Source: Terriglobia bacterium (GTDB lineage: Bacteria > Acidobacteriota > Terriglobia > Bryobacterales > Bryobacteraceae). Taken from it: a DNA stretch of 64,000 nucleotides. Of the stretch, positions 19,224 through 29,183 are shown piece by piece (the stretch's first letter is position 1; the number at the start of each line of letters is the position of its first letter). Under the pieces are notes generated by a model. It did no database searches, had not been told where the DNA came from, and saw only the letters and a program-made list of their open reading frames with translations. The translations under genes and the position numbers were made by a program. The stretch is from assembly GCA_963705675.1 (NCBI GenBank), contig CAVPKR010000155.1:1089-65088 (forward strand), read 5' to 3'.

Positions 19224-19484
19224 ATGGTGACGAATCAACAGCTCTATCTCGCGGTTGGGATTCCGATGTTGTTCAACGTCGGGCTTATTGGCTTGGTGGT
19301 CGCATACATCAACGCCAAGCTTGATGGAGTTAATCAGCGGTTCGACGGGCGCTTCGACGTGATAAACCAGCGGTTCGACGCGATCGACCGGCGATTTGAC
19401 GACATGCGAGATTTGTGGCGATCCGAGTTGCACCGGGTCGAAGACGTGATTGACGCGCGCCTGAAGCACCTGGAAGAACGGTAG
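19224..19484 (+). CDS. Small single-pass membrane protein with a NQRFD-repeat coiled coil (paralog 1)
   Basis: MVTNQQLYLAVGIPMLFNVGLIGLVVAYINAKLDGVNQRFDGRFDVINQRFDAIDRRFDDMRDLWRSELHRVEDVIDARLKHLEER. Confidence 0.6.
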   Translation: MVTNQQLYLAVGIPMLFNVGLIGLVVAYINAKLDGVNQRFDGRFDVINQRFDAIDRRFDDMRDLWRSELHRVEDVIDARLKHLEER

Positions 19485-19527
19485 AATCCGCGTGCGAGAA
19501 TAAGTTTATGCGGGGCGCACTATTCCT

Positions 19528-19752
19528 ATGGGGACCAATCAACAGCTTGATCTCGCCATCGGAATTCCCATTTTGTTCAATGCCGCGCTTATCGGTCTGA
19601 TGATCACGTATATGAATGCGCGGTTCGATGCGGTTAACCAGCGCTTCGACGGAGTCGACAGGCGATTTGACGACATGCGAGATCTTTGGCGATCGGAATT
19701 GCACCGGGTCGAAGACGTGATTGACGCGCGCCTCAAGCATCTCGAACACTAG
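19528..19752 (+). CDS. Small single-pass membrane protein with a NQRFD-repeat coiled coil (paralog 2)
   Basis: MGTNQQLDLAIGIPILFNAALIGLMITYMNARFDAVNQRFDGVDRRFDDMRDLWRSELHRVEDVIDARLKHLEH. Confidence 0.6.
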   Translation: MGTNQQLDLAIGIPILFNAALIGLMITYMNARFDAVNQRFDGVDRRFDDMRDLWRSELHRVEDVIDARLKHLEH

Positions 19753-19773
19753 GTTGTGGCACACTAAAGTAGA

Positions 19774-20745
19774 TTGACCCTCGCCGCTACATTTGTGGGT
19801 GGATTTGTTTTAGCGCTGCTGATCGCCGCGCTTTGGATTCGCTCGCGGCCGGAGCCGCCTCCATTTGCCGATGCGCTGGCCCGGATCGAATCCCAGATGC
19901 GCGAGTTCGAGTCCCAACGCCAGCATATGCTCGGCGGCCTGGAGCATCAGTTATCGTCGCTTAGCCGCGAAACCGTGTCGCTTTCGCAGGCGCTTCGAGC
20001 CCCCAACTCGCGCGGCCGATGGGGCGAGCTGACTTTGCGCCGCGTCGCAGAGCTGGCCGGAATGGTCCCGTATTGCGATTTTTACGAGCAGGAATCCAGT
20101 GACCGTACGCGTCCCGACATGCTGGTTCGTCTGCCGGGTGGGCGGACTCTTGCGGTCGACGCCAAAGTGCCGTTGTCGGCCTATCTGGATGCGGAAGCCG
20201 CGCCCGATGAGGCGTCCCGTCGCGCCGCGCTCGAACGCCACTCGCAGCAGGTGATGCGGCACGTCACACAGTTGAGCGGCCGTGAATACTGGATGCAGTT
20301 CCAGCCGACTCCCGAGATGGTGGTGTTGTTTCTGGCGGGGGATCATTTCCTGAGCGCGGCGCTCGAACGCGACCCCGAAATCCTGGAGCGCGCTCTGGCT
20401 AAAAAGGTCCTGCTGGCGACTCCGGTTACCCTGGTCAGCGTGCTAAAAGGCGTGTCCTACGGCTGGCGGCAGGAGAAACTGGCCCAGAATGCGACTGAGC
20501 TGCGCCGGATTTCGGGCGAGTTCTACGATCGAATCCGCGCTTTCGCCGACTCCTACACAGATGCCGGAAGGCATCTCGCGAAGGCGGTAGATGCCTACAA
20601 TCGCTCGGCCGGATCGTGGGAAGCGCGGCTGCTGCCTTCGTTGAAGCGAATGCGCGAGTTGGGTGCATCGGCGGCCGAGGAAGCTCCGGTACCTCCGCGC
20701 GTCGACGTTCCGGTTCGCGATCCCCAGTCTCTGGGTCCCGTATGA
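19774..20745 (+). CDS. rmuC: DNA recombination protein RmuC (short form)
   Basis: N-terminal TM helix and coiled coil, then RGRWGELTLRRVAELAGMVPYCDFYEQES...LPGGRTLAVDAKVPLSAY...EYWMQF...PEMVVLFLAGD. Confidence 0.8.
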   Translation: MTLAATFVGGFVLALLIAALWIRSRPEPPPFADALARIESQMREFESQRQHMLGGLEHQLSSLSRETVSLSQALRAPNSRGRWGELTLRRVAELAGMVPYCDFYEQESSDRTRPDMLVRLPGGRTLAVDAKVPLSAYLDAEAAPDEASRRAALERHSQQVMRHVTQLSGREYWMQFQPTPEMVVLFLAGDHFLSAALERDPEILERALAKKVLLATPVTLVSVLKGVSYGWRQEKLAQNATELRRISGEFYDRIRAFADSYTDAGRHLAKAVDAYNRSAGSWEARLLPSLKRMRELGASAAEEAPVPPRVDVPVRDPQSLGPV

Positions 20746-21650
20746 TGCGCCATTTTTTCCTCTACCTTGCAGGCCAGAAACGCTTGCGGAGGTTCATGGA
20801 AACCTCGCCCGCATCTCAGAAATTCACTCGCCGGTTTGTCGCGGGTGAGACTCTCGAGATGGCGCTGGCGGTGCTGGAAGATCTGCAAAAGCAGCGAATC
20901 TGGGCCACCCTCGATCATCTAGGGGAAAACGTAAGTTCGCTTGAGGAGGCGTCAGCTTCTCGCGATTCTTATCTTGAAGCATTGGATAATATTGCGAGTC
21001 GTAAACTACCGGCAACAGTGTCACTTAAGTTGACGCAGTTTGGGCTGGACTTTTCTCAAGAGGCGTGCCTTGAAAACGTCCGAAAGTTGGCTGCCGCCGC
21101 TAAAGCGAACGGGAGCAGGGTAGAGATCGACATGGAATCGACCGCTTATACGGATCGCACGCTCGATGTCGCCACCCGGATTCACCAGGAGTTCAATTGC
21201 ACGCGGGCGGTGATTCAGTCATATCTTCGGCGTAGCGCCGGTGACATTGACCGCCTGAATAAGCTGGGCCTTCCCGTTCGCCTGTGCAAAGGAGCCTACG
21301 ACGAGCCCGTCACCGTCGCATTTCAACAGAAACGCGAGGTGGACCGGAACTACGTGGTGCTGATGAAGACGCTGCTCGACAAGGGCGCGTATCCAGCCAT
21401 TGCGACGCACGACGAAACCATGGTGGGTGAGGCGTTTCGATACGTTCGCGAGCGGAAGTACCCGCCAGAGCGGTTCGAGTTTCAGATGCTGTACGGCATT
21501 CGCCGGGACCTGCAAAAGCGCATCGTCGACCTGGGCTACAATCTTCGCCTATACGTGCCTTACGGGACCGCCTGGTACCCGTATTTCATGCGCCGTCTGG
21601 CCGAGCGGCCCGCCAATGTCATGTTCCTGGCCCGCAACCTGTTCCGCTAA
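20742..21650 (+). CDS. Proline dehydrogenase
   Basis: MMRHFFLYLAGQKRLRRFM...FVAGETLEMAL...ATLDHLGENV...VRLCKGAYDEP...AIATHDE...FQMLYGIR. ATG 20742 overlaps the rmuC stop. The 5' extension in ORF 20616-21650 is not coding. Confidence 0.8.
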   Translation: MMRHFFLYLAGQKRLRRFMETSPASQKFTRRFVAGETLEMALAVLEDLQKQRIWATLDHLGENVSSLEEASASRDSYLEALDNIASRKLPATVSLKLTQFGLDFSQEACLENVRKLAAAAKANGSRVEIDMESTAYTDRTLDVATRIHQEFNCTRAVIQSYLRRSAGDIDRLNKLGLPVRLCKGAYDEPVTVAFQQKREVDRNYVVLMKTLLDKGAYPAIATHDETMVGEAFRYVRERKYPPERFEFQMLYGIRRDLQKRIVDLGYNLRLYVPYGTAWYPYFMRRLAERPANVMFLARNLFR

Positions 21651-21690
21651 TTTCCATAGTTTAAATCCCTAAGGGTATTGATGTTGCGCC

Positions 21691-22740
21691 ATGAGTCAAC
21701 CGCGCCACGGGGCTGCGGGCGTTACGGTAGTGGTCGCAATGACAACCCATCCCGATGTTCACGCTCCCTGGCGGCAATGGTCCGAGGATGCGACACTGCA
21801 TGTCGCTTGTGCCTATTCGAATCCGCTACGCTGGCGAACACGCCGCGTGCTGATGAACGATTTTCGCCAGCACATGCAGGCGAGCCCAAACGTCGTGCTT
21901 CATGCCGGGGAACTGGCCTATGGAGATCGTCCGTTTGAGGTAACCGGCGGCGATCCGCTCGACGTGCAACTGCGGACATCGCACGAGTTATGGCACAAGG
22001 AAAACCTCCTGAACCTGCTGATCCGGCGATTCCCGCCGGACTGGGAATACGGAGCCGTGATCGATGTCGATTTCCACATGACCAGGCGGGATTGGGCACT
22101 TGAAGCGATTCATCAACTTCAGCATTTCGACTTCGTGCAATTATTCAGCAGTTACGCGGATCTATCGGCAGAACATAGGCCTTATCGAATTACTCCGAGT
22201 TTCGCATTCCAGCACGTGAACCAGCGCAATGGCATTTCAAAATGCCCTCCGTCAGGCAGCTATGGATCGACTGGACCGGGCGCTACCGGCGGAGCCTGGG
22301 CGTTCCGCCGAAGCGCTTTCGATACGGTCGGAGGGTTGTTGGATGTATGCATCCTGGGGTCGGCTGACTGGCATATGGCCTTCGGTCTAGTGGGAAAGGC
22401 GAATACTGCGCCTGAGATTAAGCGATGCAGCGCTCCGTACATGGAAGCCGTTCGGCACTGGCAGGATCGGGCGTCCTTATTGAAGGAAAACATCGGATTC
22501 GTTGAGAACCACGCGATCCATCATTTCCACGGCTCGAAGGTGTTCCGGGCATATGGCGACCGCTGGAAGATCCTTCGGGATCACAGTTACAACCCGGCCA
22601 CCGACATCGTGCCGGATTGGCAAGGCGTGTGGCAGCTCGCGGGGAATAAGCCTCGCCTCAGGGATGACATTCGAAAATACTTTCGAGCCAGGAATGAAGA
22701 TGATCCGGCGCTGCGAGGGGGCGAGCGGCTCTTGGGTTAG
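21691..22740 (+). CDS. GT-A-fold glycosyltransferase-like protein (family not recognised)
   Basis: DxD-like VIDVDF, GGAWAFRRSAFDTVGG, and HHFHGSKVFRAYGDRWKIL resemble nucleotide-sugar transferases. Confidence 0.4.
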   Translation: MSQPRHGAAGVTVVVAMTTHPDVHAPWRQWSEDATLHVACAYSNPLRWRTRRVLMNDFRQHMQASPNVVLHAGELAYGDRPFEVTGGDPLDVQLRTSHELWHKENLLNLLIRRFPPDWEYGAVIDVDFHMTRRDWALEAIHQLQHFDFVQLFSSYADLSAEHRPYRITPSFAFQHVNQRNGISKCPPSGSYGSTGPGATGGAWAFRRSAFDTVGGLLDVCILGSADWHMAFGLVGKANTAPEIKRCSAPYMEAVRHWQDRASLLKENIGFVENHAIHHFHGSKVFRAYGDRWKILRDHSYNPATDIVPDWQGVWQLAGNKPRLRDDIRKYFRARNEDDPALRGGERLLG

Positions 22741-22852
22741 TAACTACCGATAACAGGTATTATGTAATTATTCAAAAGTGCGGCCAAAAAATCGCCCGGC
22801 AGACCGTAGTCTACCGGGCACGAGGGAAGAAAGAATTTATGAGGCCTATCCT

Positions 22853-24615
22853 TTAACGCCGACCGCCGCCGCGCGAACTGCCGCCTCCACTGGGTCGCGG
22901 ACTTCCGCCGCCTCTTGAGCCGCCGCTCGGGCCGAGGACTCGCGCCGTTCGAGGATGGACGGCTTTGGACGATCGGCGGGCTGATCCGCACTTGAGGCTG
23001 GGAGCTGGAGTAGCTGCTGCTGCGGGCGGCGGCGGGTTGCGAGGATCCAGTGGGCCGCTGCCAGCCGCCGCTTTGGGATGGAGCTCGATTCGCGTTCGAC
23101 GATCCGTTCATTCTTTGCCATCCGCCGTTCGATGACGCAGCGCCATTTTGAGTGGAGCGGGCCGAGAAGAAACGGGTGTTTTCGCTGGTTCTCGGCATGC
23201 CTTGCGTACTCGCCGAATGAGCCGTGAATTGGCGGCTCTCGGCGGATGGGGTCATCGGCAGGCGGCCGTTCACCCCGCCTGCATGTGCCAATTCAGCGCC
23301 TGATGCGCGAGCCATATTCGACGCGGAGACGCTGCCTCGGCCGAATTCGGCGGCATTCATGCCGCTTACGCCGTTGGCCACGCGGGCGTTGCGATACAAG
23401 CCAGTCACGTTTACGTTGGCTACTACTGCTCCACCACGCAAGCCTGCGGCTCCATACCAGGGCCGATAGCGTTCAAACGGAGCCAGCGGCACCCAGCCTA
23501 CATGGCCGAAGCCGAATCCAAAGCCGATTCCGACGCCGAAACCCGGCGCGCCCCAGCCGAAGAATCCGACCAAGGCCGGACGCCAGAAATAGGATGAATA
23601 GACCGGCCCGGGCCACCACGCCCAGCCTAAGGGGCCGAAGTACCAGCGTCCATAATGATACGGCGCCCAACCCCACGGTTCACAGCCAACCCAGGTCCAG
23701 CCGTAGTAATCCACCCAGGTCCAGCGTCCGCAGCTATATGGAGCCCAGCCTGGCAGGTTCTTGCGGGACCCATACTTGTCCGTAAGAGCCGTCATTGGCC
23801 CAGCGGCCGTACTGGTCCATGTCTTCGGTCCCGTAAACGTCGCGGCTAACATGCTGGGGCGCAGCCGAGTGCTCCATGAACTGGTCGCGAGAGGAGCTCC
23901 AATGGTCGAACTCGTCTTCGGGTAAAGGGGCGATGGTCTGATATTCGGGATCGTTCGCGGACCCGCGGACCAGCATCGTGCTGTTGTTATGAATCTGCTC
24001 TGAGCCGCGTGGGCCGAAAACCTCGCCGTCCGCTCCGGCCCGGAGGGTGATCTCAGTAACGCCGTCGGGCTTCACATTGACCCGGTAAATTCCCTTCCTT
24101 AATGGACGGACCGACATGCTGGGAGTGCTGATCTCGACCTGAGCATCGGAGTCGCGAAGAACCCGGAATGTCGTCGTTCCCGCGGCGATCTGAATCTGAT
24201 ACTGGCCGCGCTGGAGCTCACTGAAGCGGACTTCAGTCGAGGGCCCCAGGCGAATCAGGTTGGCGAAATCCAACTGGACTTCGGCGCGTCCACCTTCGGC
24301 GGTGACTAAGCGGTCGCCGATGGTGAGGGGAGCGTTTACGATGGCTGCCACCAGGTCTGCCGAGTCGCCTCGGCGGACGGAGACGTTGCCGCTCATGAAG
24401 CTGAGTCGCGCGACTCCGCGGTCCGGCGCGTTGCCGTCGTCATCCGGGCCATTTTGAGGACCCTGAGGCGGAGGAGCCGGGCGTTGCGGATATGGGGGCT
24501 GCTCTGACCATGGCCCCTGCGGCTGCTGCGCGAAGGCAGCCACAGCCAGGATCGCGATCGCGGACAATCGAAGTGCGCCGTTTCTCAATGCCATCACCTG
24601 CGGACTGTATGGCAA
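22853..24615 (-). CDS. FecR-domain + YXWGXW-repeat (DUF6600-like) secreted protein, read across 2 frameshifts (~23751, ~22930)
   Basis: ORF 23734-24615 has a signal peptide, a Pro-rich linker and a FecR-like beta domain. It joins ORF 22737-23852 as ...[48 protein letters not shown]. A third frame gives a Gly/Ser/Arg-rich tail ...SGGSRGGGSPRPSGGGSSRGGGRR* ending at 22853. Confidence 0.6.
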
Positions 24616-24770
24616 TCGCTAAGCCAAAGGACAAGTGGTTTGTTTCTAAAGCCTTGGCTGTTAACTGCCGATCCTTCTACGTGGCTGAAAACCACCACTC
24701 TGATTGGAAAGGAGCACTTCAACCTCGTAATCGGCGGAACCAAACGCTATCCGAGTGTGGCAAACTGAGT

Positions 24771-25232
24771 ATGCGTAGCAACCGATTAGTGCGCGTCGGT
24801 GTCCAACACTTTATGAAGTACTGGGGTTACCTGGCCGCAAAGCTGGCGATGGTACTGGCGAGTTTATACGCCATGCAGCGTGGGATTGCCGCCGAGATCC
24901 CGCCGGTAGGCCCGAATCCTGTCACCCGGTATTTCAATTCAACCTTTATCATGCTGGCCTTTGGGCTTTTCGCAACCGGGATGGTGTGGCTGGTTTTACG
25001 CGACCATCGGTATCGCTGCCGGACGTGTTTACGGCGGTTGCGGATGCCGATCTTGAAGGGGTCGTGGAACCATGTGCTGCTGGGCGCGCCCAGTACGGAA
25101 TACATTTGTCCTTACGGTCATGGGACGCTAAAGGTGGCGGAGCTGCAAATTACGGGTCATCAGACGCCGGACTGGCAGCCGCACGAGGACATGTGGAAAG
25201 AGTTATTTGCGCTCGAAGAGACCAAGCGATGA
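24771..25232 (+). CDS. Hypothetical membrane protein with a C-terminal Cys-rich (zinc-ribbon-like) segment
   Basis: MRSNRLVRV...two TM helices...RYRCRTCLRRLRMP...YICPYGHGTL. The start is uncertain (alternative ATG at 24816). The upstream part of ORF 24492-25232 is not convincing. Confidence 0.45.
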   Translation: MRSNRLVRVGVQHFMKYWGYLAAKLAMVLASLYAMQRGIAAEIPPVGPNPVTRYFNSTFIMLAFGLFATGMVWLVLRDHRYRCRTCLRRLRMPILKGSWNHVLLGAPSTEYICPYGHGTLKVAELQITGHQTPDWQPHEDMWKELFALEETKR

Positions 25233-25247
25233 CCGGACGGCCGACGC

Positions 25248-27780
25248 GTGAGTATTAAGCTGCAGGTGCCTCGAAAGGCACTGCTGGTTCGATTCCTGCT
25301 GAGTGGTTGGGGGCGCGCGTTCTTCATCGGATTCGTCGTCACCGTAACCCTCGGACTGGCGGTTTTCACTTATTATTACGAAAAATACGCGCGGATCACG
25401 GAAGAAAAACTGCGCGCGGGACCGTTCGCCAACACTTCCCTGCTCTATGCGGCTCCGCGACCGGTGGCCGTAGGCGAGGACGCGAAGGTGGAGGAAATCG
25501 CCGACTATCTTCATCGCTGCGGCTACAGCGAATCGAGCAGCAACCCGGTGGGCTGGTATCACGTCCGGCCGGATGCGATCGAGGTGACGCCGGGCGCCAA
25601 CGCTTACGACACCGAAGGCGCGGTGATCAAGATTCAACGCGGCAAGATCTCGCAGATTATTTCTCTGCGCGACCAGACGGAGAGGACCGAGTTCCATCTC
25701 GAACCAGAGCTGATCACGAATCTGTTCGACCGGAAGCGCGAGAAGCGGCGGATTGTTCATTACAACGATATTCCCCAGGTCATGATCAACGCCACGCTGG
25801 CGGCTGAGGACAAGCACTTCTTTTCACACTCGGGGTTCGATCCTTTTGGAATTGTGCGGGCAGCCTGGCGAGATGTGGCGGAGCATCGCCTGGAAGGGGC
25901 GTCGACCATCACGGAGCAGTTGGCCCGGACGCTGTGGCTGGGGACCGACCGCGGGTGGCGTCGTAAAGCTCCTGAGACGATGATCACTCTGCATCTGGAA
26001 CAGAAGCTGAGCAAGCAACAGATTTTCGAGTATTACGCGAACTCGATTGACCTGGGCCATCAAGGAAGTTTCGGGATTCAGGGATTCGGGCAAGGGGCGG
26101 ATGTTTATCTAGGCAAGGATCTCAGCCAGGTGACGCTTCCCGATGCGGCGCTGCTGGCGGGGCTGATTCAGGCTCCTTCGGGGCGCAATCCGTTCCGTCA
26201 TCCGGATCGGGCAAAGGCTCGAAGGAATATCGTGCTGCATGCGATGCGGGAGGACGGGTTCATCACAGACCGGCAATATGAAGACGCGATCGCGAGTCCG
26301 CTGAAGGTGACTCGTGAAGAGGCGGAATCGAGCGACGCGCCTTATTTCGTCGACCTGGTAAGCGATTCGTTGCAGAGCCAGTTTGAGGGTCACGATTTTC
26401 TGAATACTTCCTATCGGGTGTATACGACGCTCGATATGAATCTCCAGCGCGATGCCGTGAACGCGGTCCGGGTGGGCCTGGAAGAGACCGACGCACAGTG
26501 GAAACGCCGGTCTAAGAAATATGGGACCGATGAAATGCCGCTGGCTCAAGTGGCGCTGGTGTGTCTGGACGCGGTTACGGGCGAGGTGAAAGCGCTGGTC
26601 GGGGGACGGAGCTATGGGGTCAGCCAACTGGATCATGCGCTGGCGAAGCGGCAGCCAGGGTCGTCCTTCAAGCCGTTCGTGTATGCCGCGGCGTTCAATA
26701 CCGGCCTATCGCAATCCTCGGGAGCCGATGTGATTACTCCGGCGACCATCATCGACGACGAGCCGACGACATTCTGGTTCGACGAGAAGCCCTATGAACC
26801 TGCCAATCACGGAAACGTATATTACGGCGAGATCCCCATCTGGTTCGCCCTGGCGCATTCGTTGAACGTGCCCGCAGTCAAGGTCGCGGAGATGACCGGG
26901 TATGACAAGGTGGCGCAAACCGCGCGAGCGGCGGGATTGAATGTCGATATCAAGCCGACGCCGTCCATCGCCCTGGGGGCTTACGAGGTGACGCCGCTCG
27001 AGATCGCGGACGCTTATACGGTGTTCGTCAATCAGGGGCAACTGGTGAAATCGTCATTCATCAAGGCGGTTCGCGATCAGCACGACAAATCGATTTATAC
27101 TTCGCAGCCGGACCGGAAGCAGGCGCTGGACCCTCGGGTGGCGTATCTGGTCGAGAATACGCTGGAGGAAGTTTTGCGGTCGGGCACGGGGCGCGGGGGT
27201 TCATTCGCACGGATTCAATCTTCCGGCGGCGGGAAAGACGGGCACGTCGCGGGATGGCTGGTTTGCGGGATTCACTTCGAAGCTGATCTGCGTGGTGTGG
27301 GTTGGATTCGACGACAATCGGGATTTCAAGCTGGAAGGCGCTCGCAGTGCGCTGCCGATCTGGGCTGAGTTCATGAAACGGGCCCACCAGCATCGCGAAT
27401 ATCACAACGTGCATGGATTCGACGCGCCGGATGGAATCGTGACGGCGGAGATCGACGAGACGACGGGTCAACTGGCGACGCCATCATGTCCGAAGATCAG
27501 AAATCAGGTCTTCATCGCGGGAACGCAGCCGGTGGAGGTGTGCAGAATCCACGGCGGCGGCCGCACACAGATATCGGGATGGGAGCCGACCGAGAAATTC
27601 ACGCCCACCACGATTCCCGATAATCGGCCGGAGAACAGACCGCAGGGAGTGGCGGCGGCTCCGCAGGCCACTCGGAGTCCCAGGTCGATTCCGGTATCGC
27701 CGGATGGCGTTCCCGCGGCTCCGCAGCCGGAAAAGAAAAAGGGATTGTTCGGCCGGCTGAAAGATATCTTCTCGAAATAG
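25248..27780 (+). CDS. mrcA: Class A penicillin-binding protein (PBP1A; transglycosylase/transpeptidase), frameshifted in a G5 run near 27197
   Basis: GT51 motifs are AAEDKHFFSHSGFDPFGIVRA and RKAPETMITLHLEQKLSKQQIFEYYAN. Transpeptidase motifs are SSFKPFVYAAA and HSLNVPAV. After a 1-nt shift the text reads GFNLPAAGKTGTSRDGWFAGFTSKLICVVWVGFDDNRDF, continuing into ORF 27292-27780. Confidence 0.9.
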
Positions 27781-27813
27781 AAGGACACCACACGGACCTA
27801 TAGTCTGGTCGTT

Positions 27814-28350
27814 ATGCGGAACGTCGTGCTTGGCCTGGGGATCAGTCTCGACGGATATATCGCGCGACCCGACGGCGCCCTCGATTTTCTGTTTATTCCC
27901 GAAGATTACTCGATGGCTCCTTTCTTTGCGACCATCGACACCGCCATCATGGGACGCAAGACGCTGGATCAGGGTCTGAAGCTGGGTGGCACTTTCAACT
28001 CGACTTCATCCATGAGGTATTACGTCTTCTCAAAGAGCCGTCCGGCGGGCGAGCGCGACGGAGTCGTGTTCACCAGGCGATCTCCGGCCACCCTGGTCGC
28101 CGAGATTCGCAAAAACCCGGGCAAGAATATCTGGTTGATGGGCGGCGGTGAGCTGGCTCGCGAATTTCTCAAGGCCGATCTGGTGGATGAACTGCATCTC
28201 GGTATAGTTCCGGTGCTGCTGGGTGACGGGATTCCGCTGTTCCCCAGGGGGTTTCCGCAGCGGGATTTCGGCCTGGTCGAAAACAAGACATACGGCAAAG
28301 GCCTGATCAGTCTTAAGTACAAACGCTTGCGGGACACGGCCAAAACATAA
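27814..28350 (+). CDS. Dihydrofolate reductase family protein (RibD C-terminal domain-like)
   Basis: MRNVVLGLGISLDGYIARPDGALDFL...IMGRKT...IWLMGGGELAREFL...DELHLGIVPVLLGDGIPLF. Confidence 0.75.
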   Translation: MRNVVLGLGISLDGYIARPDGALDFLFIPEDYSMAPFFATIDTAIMGRKTLDQGLKLGGTFNSTSSMRYYVFSKSRPAGERDGVVFTRRSPATLVAEIRKNPGKNIWLMGGGELAREFLKADLVDELHLGIVPVLLGDGIPLFPRGFPQRDFGLVENKTYGKGLISLKYKRLRDTAKT

Positions 28351-28415
28351 ACCGGGTCCCACCCATTTGGCACAGACTGGTGATACATTAAATGACAAGG
28401 TAGGAGGCCTCCTCT

Positions 28416-29180
28416 ATGGTTTCCGTTTTACTTGTAACGGTACTCGCTTTTCAGAATCACCCGGCGCAAACCGCCAACGGGTTTCGTCCCACCGATAAAT
28501 CTGTACCCGCCGATCCGGCTAAGAGCCTGAGTCCGGAGATGCGCGGCGACATCATGATGGCTCGCAAGATGTATCGCGAAGCGATCGAGACGTATCGCGA
28601 AGGTCCCAAGGATTCGGCCGTTCTGGCGAACAAGATCGGGATCGCGTATCATCAACTGCTCGACTTGCCGGATGCGAAGAAACAGTATGAGCGCGCGGCC
28701 AAGCTGAATCCGTCCTATGCCGAGGCGGTCAATAATCTGGGGACGATTTATTACGCGCAAAAATCGTACCGGCGCGCGATCGTGCAGTATAAGAAAGCCT
28801 TGCGGCTAATGCCCGATTCGGCTTCGATGCTGAGCAACCTGGGCACCGCGTATTTCGCGCGCAAACAGTACGCGGATGCGAGCCTGACGTATGAAGAAGC
28901 GCTGAAGATCGACAAGGATGTGTTCGAACATCACTCGGCGACCGGCATCCTGCTGCTCGAGCGGAGCGTCAACCCCGAGGAACGCGCCCGGTTCCACTAC
29001 TATATGGCCAAGACGTATGCGAAGGACGGACAGTCGGAGCGCGCCATACAATACATTCGCAAGGCCCTCGAAGAAGGCTTCAAGGAGCGCGATAAATTCG
29101 TAAAAGAGCCCGAATTCGCGGCGCTCAAGGAAAACCCGGACTTCAAGCTGCTGATGGCGACCGAACAGAAGGTCCTGTAA
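28416..29180 (+). CDS. TPR-repeat protein
   Basis: Repeated 34-aa units are present (AIETYRE..., YERAAKLNPSYAEAVNNLGTIYYAQKSYRRAIVQYKKALRLMPD..., ALKIDKD...). Confidence 0.75.
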   Translation: MVSVLLVTVLAFQNHPAQTANGFRPTDKSVPADPAKSLSPEMRGDIMMARKMYREAIETYREGPKDSAVLANKIGIAYHQLLDLPDAKKQYERAAKLNPSYAEAVNNLGTIYYAQKSYRRAIVQYKKALRLMPDSASMLSNLGTAYFARKQYADASLTYEEALKIDKDVFEHHSATGILLLERSVNPEERARFHYYMAKTYAKDGQSERAIQYIRKALEEGFKERDKFVKEPEFAALKENPDFKLLMATEQKVL

Positions 29181-29183
29181 TCG

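Larger units (their letters stand above)
19186..19757. repeat. Tandem duplication (about 304 bp + 268 bp) carrying two paralogous small genes with their leaders
   Basis: gcgtgcgagGataagtCtatgcggggcgcactattccAatgg at 19186 recurs at 19490 with 3 changes. The 3' halves of both coding regions are near-identical. Copy 1 has an extra 36 nt (12 aa). Confidence 0.85.

Noticed and set aside
20616-20741. The N-terminal extension of the proline dehydrogenase ORF overlapping rmuC
   Set aside because: The extension is Arg/Ser-rich and lies inside rmuC. ATG 20742 overlaps the rmuC stop and gives a family-typical N-terminus.
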